Part shown: piece after piece, positions 39,229 to 49,371 of the stretch
How the letters are laid out: each line of letters begins with the position of its first letter
How positions within the stretch are numbered: position 1 is the first letter of the stretch
NCBI GenBank assembly: GCA_947259785.1
Contig: CAMYNQ010000002.1
Coordinates: 1-63,912, forward strand
Origin: an uncultured Chromatiaceae bacterium
GTDB lineage: Bacteria > Pseudomonadota > Gammaproteobacteria > Tenderiales > Tenderiaceae
Length of the DNA: 63,912 nucleotides
Direction: 5' to 3'
The notes under the pieces: generated by a model
Seen by the model: the letters and a program-made list of their open reading frames with translations, nothing else
Told to the model about the DNA's origin: nothing
Databases searched by the model: none
Position numbers and translations under genes: made by a program

Positions 39229-39259
39229 AAGGGTTGCAAGGTTTCCTGTAACCCTTTTT
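39229..39259. terminator. Hairpin terminator right after the degenerate att copy (may also serve the lipase gene)
   Basis: AAGGGTTGCAAG-GTTT-CCTGTAACCCTT followed by Ts. Confidence 0.6.
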
Positions 39260-39349
39260 ATATTTATTTAGTCCTTGAGATTAATGCTTAACTTACACTC
39301 TTCATGGGTAAAAAAATGACATTCAGAGTGGGTCTATATTTTTCCTAGC

Positions 39350-40192
39350 TTAAAACCCCTTAAGTTTTAACTCTCTTACCCAGTCGACATAGAGCATAGG
39401 GATGCTGATGTTGCTAACCCTGTCAGTTATAGAGTCGGTCATTTGCAGGTGCGAAACCTCCTCTGTGATACCGCGAAAGTCCCCCCATTGGCATGACTGC
39501 TCGGACACCATGCCATCATTATGGCCTTCATATTTCTTCAGCAAGCGATAGCTGATGGCGTATAGTGGGTCGTCAACTGCGCTCAGCATTTGTGCGCCGT
39601 AACTCTGATACAACACCCCATCGGCATCAATAATTTCTTCATTAAATGCCTTCATGTATTTATGGCTAAGCTGTTTAATGGCCAAACTGCTGTCTGGGTT
39701 TTTGTCACCCATAAAACGGGCAAATAAATTCACCAGCGCATACACGGCAGTTTTATCTTCTGGCATATAGTGGCAAACAATATCGGCAATACAGGTGCCA
39801 TAGTGGGGCGTGCAGACTGTGGTCAGGCTGGCAACCTTGTTTGCCATACCTAGTTTTGAAATGGCATACCGGGCATCCAATCCGCCCTTAGAATGGGCAA
39901 TAATGTTGACCTTTTTGGCATGGGTTTCGGTCAGGATGGACTCAATCCGGTTTTTAAGCTGCTTGGCATTATTCTCAAACGAAGACCATGCCTCAGCCTC
40001 GCCGAGAAATACTCTGGCTCCGCCATGGTGTAAATATTCAGGAATTCGGCCCCAAGATGAGATAACCATGTCGTCGCGATAAGCAATGCCATGTACAAGC
40101 AGGATCGGGTATTTGGTGTTACAACTATTGGCCTCAACACTTTTTAAAAAGTGGCCTGAAAAATGGTCGGCGAATTTCCGAAAATTAAACAT
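39350..40192 (-). CDS. Triacylglycerol lipase-like alpha/beta hydrolase
   Basis: TKYPILLVHG, KVNIIAHSKGGLDAR, ASLTT..TPH.G, NDGMV....WG, SHLQ. Confidence 0.85.
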   Translation of the reverse strand: MFNFRKFADHFSGHFLKSVEANSCNTKYPILLVHGIAYRDDMVISSWGRIPEYLHHGGARVFLGEAEAWSSFENNAKQLKNRIESILTETHAKKVNIIAHSKGGLDARYAISKLGMANKVASLTTVCTPHYGTCIADIVCHYMPEDKTAVYALVNLFARFMGDKNPDSSLAIKQLSHKYMKAFNEEIIDADGVLYQSYGAQMLSAVDDPLYAISYRLLKKYEGHNDGMVSEQSCQWGDFRGITEEVSHLQMTDSITDRVSNISIPMLYVDWVRELKLKGF

Positions 40193-40310
40193 GGCGCTTA
40201 AGCTTGTAGGTACCGGTTCTCAAAATATGTAGAGTTAATAACACCATCTGCCCCGCTTGTTCCAATCCACCTCTCAGTGCCGGAATAGATTGTCTTTTTG
40301 TTACGTTCCG

Positions 40311-40625
40311 CTATCTAAGTAATTCTCCTGGACTGTAAAGCAGGCCACGCTCAGATAAGCCCGGTCGGTGTCTATCTTGCTGATAACAATTATCTGTTAT
40401 GTAGCCTTGTGGTGTGGGATTTCCAGCATATCCCCAAAGTCCACTATTTATGTCCAACCAATAGTCGCCATTTTCAATTGGCCCACAATGAACCTGTTCC
40501 AAATGTTGGATTTGTTCAAGACCAAGTCGCTGGCCATTTACAATGATAGTTTTCTCAGCGTAGACGCAGGTTGCACTGAAAACCAGGATAAGTCCTGCCA
40601 AATAATGTACGTTAGCCATTTTCAT
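40311..40625 (-). CDS. Small exported hypothetical protein
   Basis: SD AAAGGAG before ATG 40625; signal peptide ending VYA; IIVNG...G.YWLD..SG.WG motif. Confidence 0.6.
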   Translation of the reverse strand: MKMANVHYLAGLILVFSATCVYAEKTIIVNGQRLGLEQIQHLEQVHCGPIENGDYWLDINSGLWGYAGNPTPQGYITDNCYQQDRHRPGLSERGLLYSPGELLR

Positions 40626-41029
40626 CGCATGATCTCCTTTGAAATACATGTGATGCTTGCGTAACCCATTGCGCGGGATACAACCATCTAAATCAACTAT
40701 AGGAAACTCCATACGGCTTTTCTATTTTTCTCATTCCTTCTATCCGTATTGGCCTACTACACCTTGCCTTTGTTAAAAGGCATTAAATACGTAAGCGAGA
40801 AGAAAAACAGCACTCGGTAACGGTTAGCGCTGTTTAAGTGCCATGTGGTGACAATCTATAGTCCGATAGAAATATGCCGTTACTGCCTATTCACGGACTA
40901 ACCCCCCCTTGAACTAGAGGTTTACAGCAGTGGTTATTCACTCGTATAAGCAGTTAATTTGTTATATGGAAATAAACTGTTATATCGGGTAATTCTGCCT
41001 GTAATTGGCTTGCTAAAGTAGGGAAATGT

Positions 41030-42510
41030 ATGAGGTTGGGCTCTAAAATTATACTTGGGTATGTATTGCCTGCCTGTCTCGTCATCGTGCTTGGTGTTGT
41101 CAACTATCAGGCTACAGAGCGCATCGAGCAGCAAAATGCATTGGTGGTTGGCATAGTGATGCCCAATATTCAGGCCCTGCAAAAGATAGAAACCGGTGGC
41201 CTGCGTATTATCGCTATTACCAGTGAATTGATCTAGATGCATGGCTAAGACATTAATGTTTTTGATACCGAGTATTCAATCAGCCAAAGCGCACGAAACT
41301 TAGGAACTGAAACTCGAAACAGAAAATCTGCAGCGAGGCCTAATTGGAGACAAGCAAAACAGTATTTTTGGCAGCGGAATCGCCTTTGTCAGCGTTATTT
41401 TGCTCGGTTTGTTTTTGGCTCGTTCAGTCAGTCGGCCGATAATTGAGCTGAAAGATGCAGCGGTCGCTCTGGGGCAGGGTGATTTGAATGCGCGAGTCAA
41501 AATTAGATCAAATGATGAAGTGGGCACTCTGGCCGGTTCATTTAATGTCATGGGTGATGAGCTGGGTATGGCCGCGACCGTATTCGAAAATACCAGCGAA
41601 GCGATACTGATAACGGATGCCAATGCCAATATTGTTGCGGCCAATAAAGCGTTTGAATCTATCACCGGCTATCAGGAAACGGAGGTGGTTGGTAATAAGC
41701 CAGGCCATATTAAATCCAACCGCCATGATAAATCGTTTTATCAACAGCTATGGTCAGAATTGCTTGATACCGGGGTGTGGCGTGGTGAGCTCTGGAATCA
41801 GCGCAAGAATGGTGAACAGTTTCCTGTCTGGCAATCGATTCGTGCAATTGAAAATAAAAATGGTGATGTTAGTCATTATGTATCGGTATTTTCCGATATC
41901 AGTGCGCTCAAACAGTTACAGGAGAAGCTCGATTATCTAGTCTACCATGACCCGCTAACCGGCTTGCCCAACCGCCTGTTGTTTGAAGATCGGCTTGAAC
42001 AAGCGCTTAAACATGGCAAACGCGAAACCCATGATGTCGTACTGTTTTTTTGGATATGGATCGGTTAAAAAATATCAATGACAGTCTGGGACACCCGGTT
42101 GGGGATGCCTTGCTAGTGGAAATTTCGAAATGTTTGAATAAGCTGGTGTGGCAAGAGGACACCGTTGCCCGTTTGGGGGTGATGAATTTGTTGTCATTCT
42201 AAAACGGATTGAAAAACCGAAAGATGGGGCCAAATTGGCGCACAAGATTCTCGACGCCTTTAATGAGTCGATTGTGACAGAAGGCCACGAATTACTTGTC
42301 ACCTTGAGTATCGGTATTAGCCAGTATCCGGTTGACGGGAGGGAGGCGCACGCTGGTCAGAAATGGTGATTCGGCACTCTACTGAGCCAAGGAAGAGGGG
42401 CGTAATTGCTCGCAGTTTTACACCTCGGAGATGACCACAAATGTAGCTGCAAAGTTAATGACGGAAACGGCGCTGAGAGCAGAGCAATTAACACTATATT
42501 ACCAGCCATT
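41030..42510 (+). pseudogene. Decayed HAMP-PAS-GGDEF(-EAL) signalling gene
   Basis: HAMP (DEVGTLAGSFN), PAS (W.GE.WN.RKNGE), HDPLTGLPNR, NDSLGH.VGD, GGDEF; several stops, frameshifts and deletions. Confidence 0.85.
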
Positions 42511-42646
42511 TAATGTCACAACGCGCTAGTCAAAACTATGCATTTTAGTGCAAAACTTCAGTATTTTAATATGAATACATCGTGTAGCGACACATTGCTT
42601 CATCGCGGTGCGACTTTCAGTCGCAGTTAAAACAACCTATGGACTT

Positions 42647-43867
42647 TCAGTCCATAGTCGCTGAGTTCTTTGTCTGTTTCCGCAAACGAAATAGTCCATG
42701 GGTCTCGCTGTCGCTGCTGAAATAGAGCGCCCCATCGGGGCCAATTGCCACGCCCACCGGTCGTGCCCACCGGTTTCCATTAGCTAACTGGAAGCCTGTC
42801 ACTAACTCATCGACCCTTAGTGCTACACCATTATGAAAACGCACTACAACTAGTTTTGGATGCCGTCGAGTTGAAGGCAAGCCGATAAAACCACCCAGCG
42901 GCTGGGTGCCCCAAGAACCGCGCAGAGCAACAATGGCATCATGCTGCAGAGATTTATCCATCGCCCCAGCCGGCACAAACACCACCGCCATAGGTGCATT
43001 TCGCGATGCAAAAGTAACTACCGGTTGCTGCACATCAGTGATTGGCCGTGGTGGCGGGCTGTCGATGCAATCGTCACGTTTGATTTTCTTGCCGTCATAC
43101 CAAAACCATGGCATGCCGTGAAAAGAGCCGGGTAATAAACGACTGAAATATTCAGGCGGCAGATTAAAACCATGATGATCCGGGCCATTGTTGCTGGCAT
43201 AGAGTTCTTTAGTTTGAGGATGCCAGGCAAAACCAATTGGATTACGCAAGCCACTGGCAAAGGTTTGCCATTGTGCTTGATCATTAGATTCATCCAGCAC
43301 CAAAACACCACCACGGCGTTTATCAAACGGGTAGGACTCATCCAGATATTCTGCACTGCAATTACCAGTAATGCCTAAACTGACATAGACTCTTCCATCT
43401 GGTCCTACAGCAACAGTGCGACTGGAATGGCCGCCACCGCCGGGCAAGGCTGCCAACAACTTAACCGACCTAGGAGGAATGGATTCTTGGCCTGGTTGAT
43501 ATGGGGCAACATAGATGCCGTCAGTTTTGGCAATCAGGATTTCACCAGGACGAAACGCAACGCTGTGCGGGTAACCGCCAGTACGCAGTAATACCTGTGG
43601 CTGAGTGTAGGGTGGCGTTAAACGATAGATATAACCAGACTTAGCACCAATAAACAGATCGCCATTAGTGGCAAAACTTAACAGGCGTGGGCCTTTTAAT
43701 TTGTCGCTTAACAATTCCAGGGTGTAACCAATAGGTAAACGCACGGAATAATTTTTACCGTTAATCGCTACAGATTGATCAACTCTTTCAAGCGCAGCAG
43801 GTGGGGCCGCCTGGCTAGCGACAGTGCTAAATAACAGAATGAAAAGAGCGCGAACCATTCGAGTCAT
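42647..43867 (-). CDS. PQQ-dependent sugar/L-sorbosone dehydrogenase-like beta-propeller
   Basis: Signal peptide, PR.L, GH.SRT...GPDG..YVS.G..GN, GLRNPIG, ALRGSW, RPVGVA.GPDGALY.S. Confidence 0.8.
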   Translation of the reverse strand: MTRMVRALFILLFSTVASQAAPPAALERVDQSVAINGKNYSVRLPIGYTLELLSDKLKGPRLLSFATNGDLFIGAKSGYIYRLTPPYTQPQVLLRTGGYPHSVAFRPGEILIAKTDGIYVAPYQPGQESIPPRSVKLLAALPGGGGHSSRTVAVGPDGRVYVSLGITGNCSAEYLDESYPFDKRRGGVLVLDESNDQAQWQTFASGLRNPIGFAWHPQTKELYASNNGPDHHGFNLPPEYFSRLLPGSFHGMPWFWYDGKKIKRDDCIDSPPPRPITDVQQPVVTFASRNAPMAVVFVPAGAMDKSLQHDAIVALRGSWGTQPLGGFIGLPSTRRHPKLVVVRFHNGVALRVDELVTGFQLANGNRWARPVGVAIGPDGALYFSSDSETHGLFRLRKQTKNSATMD

Positions 43868-44084
43868 ACCCCTGGAAAAAGACGGAATTACGACTAGTTA
43901 AATGAGCAGTGGAAAATTTTAAGCCTTATGATGAATAGGGAAGCCTTCCATATTGCTTGAATGACGACTGTGGATTGTTCCCAGAGTTTTAAAAATTAGT
44001 CACTATTTTTCTGTCCTGAGTCATTACACCTTAGTTAAAAAAATAATCAATAGCGAGGCCTAGTTGGTTGTGACTGCTGCTTGA

Positions 44085-45581
44085 TCAATTCTCTACGGGG
44101 CACTCATGAGTCATCTCATAGTCGCCTTTGTCATTCAGGCTTTCAATCCGTACGGTGAACCCCCATAGGCGCGACAGGTGTTTTAGGGTTTCGCCGGTTT
44201 GCTCGTTTAATGGTCTTCTATTGTGGGTCTCGTAGCGCAGAGTCATTGATCTGTCGCCGCGCATGTCTACATTGTAGACCTGTAGGTTAGGTTCGCGGCT
44301 GCCGAGGTTGTAATGCTCTGAAAGGGCGTGGCGAATATGACGATAACCGTTGTCGTCGTGTATGGCGGATACCGTGAGTGTGTTTTCGTTGTCGTCATCC
44401 AATACCGAGAACAGCTTAAGGTTCCTGATAACGTTGGGTGACAGGTATTGCGAGATGAAGCTCTCATCCTTGAAATTACGCATGGCAAAGTCCAATACTT
44501 TTAGCCAGTCACCGCCGGCAATGTCAGGAAACCAGTGTTTATCTTCATCGGTTGGATGCTCGCAGATCCTTCTCAGATCCTGAAAGATATTAAAGCCAAG
44601 AGTGTAGGGGTTCAGGCCGCTATAAAATTGGCTGTCAAACGGTGGCTGATAAATGACATTGGTATGTGACTGGAGGAATTCCATCATAAAACCATCGTTT
44701 ACCAGGCCTTCGTCATAAAGCTTGTTGAGCAGGGTGTAATGCCAGAATGTGGCCCAGCCTTCATTCATCACCTGGGTTTGCCGTTGGGGATAAAAATATT
44801 GGGCAATCTTCCTTACGATGCGAACGATCTCACGTTGCCATGTTTCGAGGATGGGGGAGTTTTTCTCAATAAAGTAGAGCAGGTTTTCTTGTGGCTCTTC
44901 AGGCCATACCTTGGCCTTTTGCTCTGAACTGTCCTTCTCAGAACTTGGCAGTGTTCGCCATAGATCATTTACCTGTGATTGTAGGTAATCTTCACGTTCC
45001 CTTTGATTGCCTTCTTCACCGTGGAGGGAGACCTTTTGCTGGCGTTTATACCTGTCAACACCAAAGTTCATTAAGGCATGGCATGAATCGATAAGTTGCT
45101 CGACTTCCTCTGCGCCATAACGCTGTTCACATTTGGATACATAATTTTTTGCAAACAGTAGGTAGTCAACGATTGAGTCGGCGACAGTCCAAGATCTAAA
45201 TAAATAATTGTTTTTGAAAAATGAGTTGTGACCATATGAGGCATGGGCAATCACCAGTGCCTGCATGGGCATAGTATTTTCTTCCATCAGGTAGGCAATG
45301 CAGGGGTCTGAGTTAATGACTATTTCATAGGCCAGCCCCATATGACCGCGTTTATAGTTTTGTTCAACGCTTAAAAATTGTTTTCCGAATGACCAGTGAT
45401 GATAACCGACCGGCATGCCGACGGTCGAGTAGGCGTCCATCATTTGCTCTGCTGAGATAACCTCAATCTGGTTGGGATAGGTATCTAGGCCAAATTCCGC
45501 GGCGATTCTGGCTATCTCACGGTCATAGTCGAGCAGCAGGTCAAAGGTCCATTCCGAGGTTTCTGATATATATTTACTCAT
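44085..45581 (-). CDS. ycgB: SpoVR-family protein (YcgB)
   Basis: [53 protein letters not shown]. Confidence 0.92.
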   Translation of the reverse strand: MSKYISETSEWTFDLLLDYDREIARIAAEFGLDTYPNQIEVISAEQMMDAYSTVGMPVGYHHWSFGKQFLSVEQNYKRGHMGLAYEIVINSDPCIAYLMEENTMPMQALVIAHASYGHNSFFKNNYLFRSWTVADSIVDYLLFAKNYVSKCEQRYGAEEVEQLIDSCHALMNFGVDRYKRQQKVSLHGEEGNQREREDYLQSQVNDLWRTLPSSEKDSSEQKAKVWPEEPQENLLYFIEKNSPILETWQREIVRIVRKIAQYFYPQRQTQVMNEGWATFWHYTLLNKLYDEGLVNDGFMMEFLQSHTNVIYQPPFDSQFYSGLNPYTLGFNIFQDLRRICEHPTDEDKHWFPDIAGGDWLKVLDFAMRNFKDESFISQYLSPNVIRNLKLFSVLDDDNENTLTVSAIHDDNGYRHIRHALSEHYNLGSREPNLQVYNVDMRGDRSMTLRYETHNRRPLNEQTGETLKHLSRLWGFTVRIESLNDKGDYEMTHECPVEN

Positions 45582-46843
45582 GATGCATTCTTTTCAAAAA
45601 GTCTTTTAAAGACGGGATATATCTCAGAAATTTCGGTGAGTTTCTGCATGGCAAAGTTTGGGCATGTCGCCGATACATTTTCATACTCGAACCATAGGTT
45701 GCCGATAGGTGTGTCTTCATTGATTTCGATGTAGGCATAGTATTGTAAAAACGGCATGATTGAATTGACCAGCAGGTCTCGGCAGACGGGCGAATCATCT
45801 GTCCAGTTGTCACCATCAGAGGCCTGTGCGGCATAGATATTCCACTCTGAGGTCGGGTAGCGCTGCTGGATGATGTCGCGCATCATTTTTAGGGCGCTGG
45901 AGACAACGGTGCCGCCGGTTTCGCGGGAATAAAAGAATTCCTCTTCATTCACCTCTTTGGCAATGGTGTGATGGCGGATAAAGACTAGTTCGATATGCTC
46001 ATATGAGCGGGTTAGAAACAAGTAGAGCAGGGTGAAAAAGCGCTTGGCGACATCTTTTTCGAATTCCCCCATCGAGCCTGATACATCCATAAGGCAAAAC
46101 ATAACGGCTTGGGTGGTGGGTACGGGTTCATCGATACGGTTGTTGTAACGCAGGTCAAAGGTATCGATGTAGGGGATTTTTTTTATTTTCGCCCTTAGCT
46201 CAGCGATTTCATCTTCTAGACGGCTTATCCGGCCCAAGTCTGGAGCCGCTGATGACTTTTCTTTTAATAAAGCCTCTTCAAGCGGTTTGATCTGATTACG
46301 GTATGGGCCAGATAGCGCGATTCTTCGCGCCAGAGAGCCTTTCATTGATCTGATAACGTTGATGTTTGATGGTGTGCCGCTGGTGGTGTAACCGGCACGC
46401 ACCTTCTTGAACTGCATTTCCTTGGCGAGCTGAGTTTTTATCATATTGGGCAATTCAAGATCTTCAAAGAAAAGGTCCATGAATTCTTCCCGTGACAGGG
46501 TGAAGCTAAACTCATCCTCTCCTTCGCCAGAATCGCTGGCTTGCTTGCCACCTTTTCCTGCACCTTCTTTGGGACGGTCGATAGAATCGCCGCGGGTAAA
46601 TTCTTTGTTGCCTGGGTATACGCCGTCTCTAACGCCACCCTGGCCGGTGCCAAAGGTGGGTTCGGAGATGTCTTTTGCGGGGATGTTTACACTTTCGCCA
46701 TGTTCCATATCGGCGATGCTGCGTTTAGCGACCGCTTCTTCAACGGCTTTTTTCAGGTGCCTTTTATAACGCCGAATAAATTTCTGGCGGTTAACCGCAC
46801 TTTTATTTTTACCGTTTACACGCCGGTCTATTATTTGGCTCAC
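45578..46843 (-). CDS. yeaH: YeaH/YhbH-family vWA-like protein
   Basis: [46 protein letters not shown]. Confidence 0.93.
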   Translation of the reverse strand: MSQIIDRRVNGKNKSAVNRQKFIRRYKRHLKKAVEEAVAKRSIADMEHGESVNIPAKDISEPTFGTGQGGVRDGVYPGNKEFTRGDSIDRPKEGAGKGGKQASDSGEGEDEFSFTLSREEFMDLFFEDLELPNMIKTQLAKEMQFKKVRAGYTTSGTPSNINVIRSMKGSLARRIALSGPYRNQIKPLEEALLKEKSSAAPDLGRISRLEDEIAELRAKIKKIPYIDTFDLRYNNRIDEPVPTTQAVMFCLMDVSGSMGEFEKDVAKRFFTLLYLFLTRSYEHIELVFIRHHTIAKEVNEEEFFYSRETGGTVVSSALKMMRDIIQQRYPTSEWNIYAAQASDGDNWTDDSPVCRDLLVNSIMPFLQYYAYIEINEDTPIGNLWFEYENVSATCPNFAMQKLTEISEIYPVFKRLFEKNAS

Positions 46844-46880
46844 TGTCCATCACCTTATGGGGTTGTGTGTGGCACTGGAT

Positions 46881-48803
46881 CTATGACGATTTCCGTGTTC
46901 TTAGATGCCATTCACACAGCAACCTTACCTGCTTAGGTGTGTAGCCTTTTGAGACCATTCTATCGACAAACTCTTTGTGTTTCTGTTGGTCCTCGGTTGA
47001 GGATTTAGCACTAAATGAAATGACCGGCAGAATATCTTCGGTGGTGGAGAACATCTTCTTCTCAATCACGCCGCGAATCTTTTCATAGCTGGTCCAAACC
47101 GGGTTTTTACCCTCATTGTTGGCACGTGCGCGTAAGGTGAAGTTGACAATCTCGTTTCTGAAATCCTTGGGATTACTAATGCCGGCCGGTTTTTCAATTT
47201 TTTCCAACTCGTCATTCAATGCTGCGCGGTCAAGCATTTCACCGGTGTCTGGGTCTCTGAATTCAGAATCCTGAATCCAGTAATCGGCATAGGTGACATA
47301 ACGATCAAAAACATTCTGACCATACTCGCTATATGATTCGAGGTAGGCAGTTTGAAGCTCTTTGGTAATGAACTCTGAATAATTGGTGGCCAGATAACCT
47401 TTCAGGAAGCCAATGTACTTATCTCTGATTTCAGGTGCGTACTGCTCTTGTTCTACCTGTTGTTCAAGGATGTAGAGCAAGTGAACAGGATTAGCCGCTA
47501 CTTCAGTGTGGTCATAGTTAAATACCTTTGACAAAATCTTGAATGCAAACCGGGTAGACAGCCCCGTCATGCCTTCGTCGGGACCGGCAGCATCCTTGTA
47601 TTCCTGTATCGACTTGGCTTTCGGGTCAATATCTTTTAGGTTTTCGCCGTCATAGATCCGCATTTTTGAGAATATGCTGGAATTCTCGGGTTCTACCAGA
47701 CGTGTCAGAGCAGCAAATTGCGCCATCATCTCCAGGGTGTCAGGTGCACATGGCGCATCTTTCAGCGAACTTTCCCTAAGCAGTTTTTCATAGATCTTTA
47801 CTTCTTCGGAAACACGTAGGCAGTAAGGCACCTTGACGATATAGATTCGATCAAGGAAGGCCTCATTGTTTTTGTTGTTTTTAAAAGAAGTCCATTCAGA
47901 TTCATTGGAATGCGCAAGAATAACGCCATTAAAAGGGATGGCAGGGAAGCCTTCCGTACCCTTATAGTTACATTCCTGAGTGGCGGTGAGCAGGGGGTGC
48001 AATACCTTGATAGGGGCTTTGAACATCTCCACGAACTCAAGCATGCCCTGGTTGGCCTGGCACAGGCCGCCTGAAAAACTATAAGCGTCAGGGTCATCCT
48101 GCGAATACTGCTCCAGCATTCTGATATCAACCTTGCCCACCAATGCTGAAATATCCTGGTTGTTTTCATCACCGGGTTCTGTTTTGGCAATACCAACCTG
48201 TTGCAATACCGATGGGGTTAGTTTTACGACTCTGAATTTAGATAGGTCACCATTGTGTTCATGCAGACGCTTCACAGCCCATGGTGACATGATGCCTGGC
48301 AAATAACGGCGTTCTATGCCGTAGTCTTCTTCGAGAATTTTGCCATCTTCATCTGGTGAAAACAGTCCCAGTGGCGACTCATTCACCGGCGAGCCCTTAA
48401 TGGCATAGAAGGGGATTTTTTCCATCAATGATTTTAGTTTTTCTGCCAACGACGATTTGCCCCCACCAACGGGGCCGAGCAGATAGAGGATCTGTTTCTT
48501 CTCTTCCAAGCCTTGAGCGGCATGTTTGTAGAAAGAAACAATTTGCTCAATGGTTTCTTCCATGCCGTAAAACTCTTTAAAGGCTGGATAGATTTTAATG
48601 ACCTTGTTAGAAAAGATTCGGCTGAGCCTGGGATCATCACGTGTATCGACAAGCTCAGGTTCGCCAATAGCCATTAGCATGCGTTCCGCTGCTGTTGCAT
48701 ATACAGAGGGGTCTGACTTACAGAGATCCAGATACTCCTGGAGACTCATCTCATCCTCTTTGGCTTCCTCGTATCGTTCTTGAAACTGATTGAAGATACT
48801 CAT
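46881..48803 (-). CDS. yeaG: PrkA-family AAA+ serine kinase YeaG
   Basis: LLGPVGGGKSS, PGDENNQDIS, EFVEMFKAPIK, AHSNESEW. Confidence 0.96.
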   Translation of the reverse strand: MSIFNQFQERYEEAKEDEMSLQEYLDLCKSDPSVYATAAERMLMAIGEPELVDTRDDPRLSRIFSNKVIKIYPAFKEFYGMEETIEQIVSFYKHAAQGLEEKKQILYLLGPVGGGKSSLAEKLKSLMEKIPFYAIKGSPVNESPLGLFSPDEDGKILEEDYGIERRYLPGIMSPWAVKRLHEHNGDLSKFRVVKLTPSVLQQVGIAKTEPGDENNQDISALVGKVDIRMLEQYSQDDPDAYSFSGGLCQANQGMLEFVEMFKAPIKVLHPLLTATQECNYKGTEGFPAIPFNGVILAHSNESEWTSFKNNKNNEAFLDRIYIVKVPYCLRVSEEVKIYEKLLRESSLKDAPCAPDTLEMMAQFAALTRLVEPENSSIFSKMRIYDGENLKDIDPKAKSIQEYKDAAGPDEGMTGLSTRFAFKILSKVFNYDHTEVAANPVHLLYILEQQVEQEQYAPEIRDKYIGFLKGYLATNYSEFITKELQTAYLESYSEYGQNVFDRYVTYADYWIQDSEFRDPDTGEMLDRAALNDELEKIEKPAGISNPKDFRNEIVNFTLRARANNEGKNPVWTSYEKIRGVIEKKMFSTTEDILPVISFSAKSSTEDQQKHKEFVDRMVSKGYTPKQVRLLCEWHLRTRKSS

Positions 48804-49212
48804 TGCCGCTCACCTCGCTAAGTTGTTCTGTCCCTAAATCTATAGTCTGTAATTGCACCTTATGACAGTTCTCAACTAATTTGGCTTTCCATGTTATCTG
48901 TGGATAGGGAAAGCATGTTGTATCCAAACCAATGCACGGTTGAGAGCAATCGCAGGATTTTCAAAAATCTATAATATTTATCGGCACACTTCATATAAGT
49001 CGTTAATGCCAATATATCTACTAAATCAGAGTGTCGTCTCGCTAATAGAGTTCAATCTAATTTTTGTGGTGTTTTTGTTGCGACCGCTGTTGGGCTTTCT
49101 GTTTTGAATAGAGTTACGCAGATGTGGGTATATCTGAATTGTTTATAAACGTAGTTTTAGTCTGAAAAAATATATATCAGAAGTGTCTTTTGTGTGCATA
49201 ATTTTAAATACC

Positions 49213-49330
49213 TGCGTTTGGTTGGTGCATACATACATTGTGCTGCGATGATAGTTACATGATTTTAAATTAAAACATTTTTAAATCATCTACTTATAAA
49301 AGATATCAGTGTGCTGGCACAGCTGTTGCA
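49213..49330 (+). promoter_or_regulatory. sigma54 promoter with upstream NtrC-like enhancer
   Basis: TGGCACAGCTGTTGCA at 49315-49330 (consensus TGGCAC-N5-TTGCA); TGCGTT-N5-GGTGCA at 49213-49229. Confidence 0.85.
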
Positions 49331-49371
49331 ATTCATTAAATCAAACACTTTGGTGAGATGGTTAAACAACG

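Noticed and set aside
48804-49200. sigma54 promoter for yeaG-yeaH-ycgB
   Set aside because: No correctly spaced GG-N10-GC consensus found on the minus strand by eye
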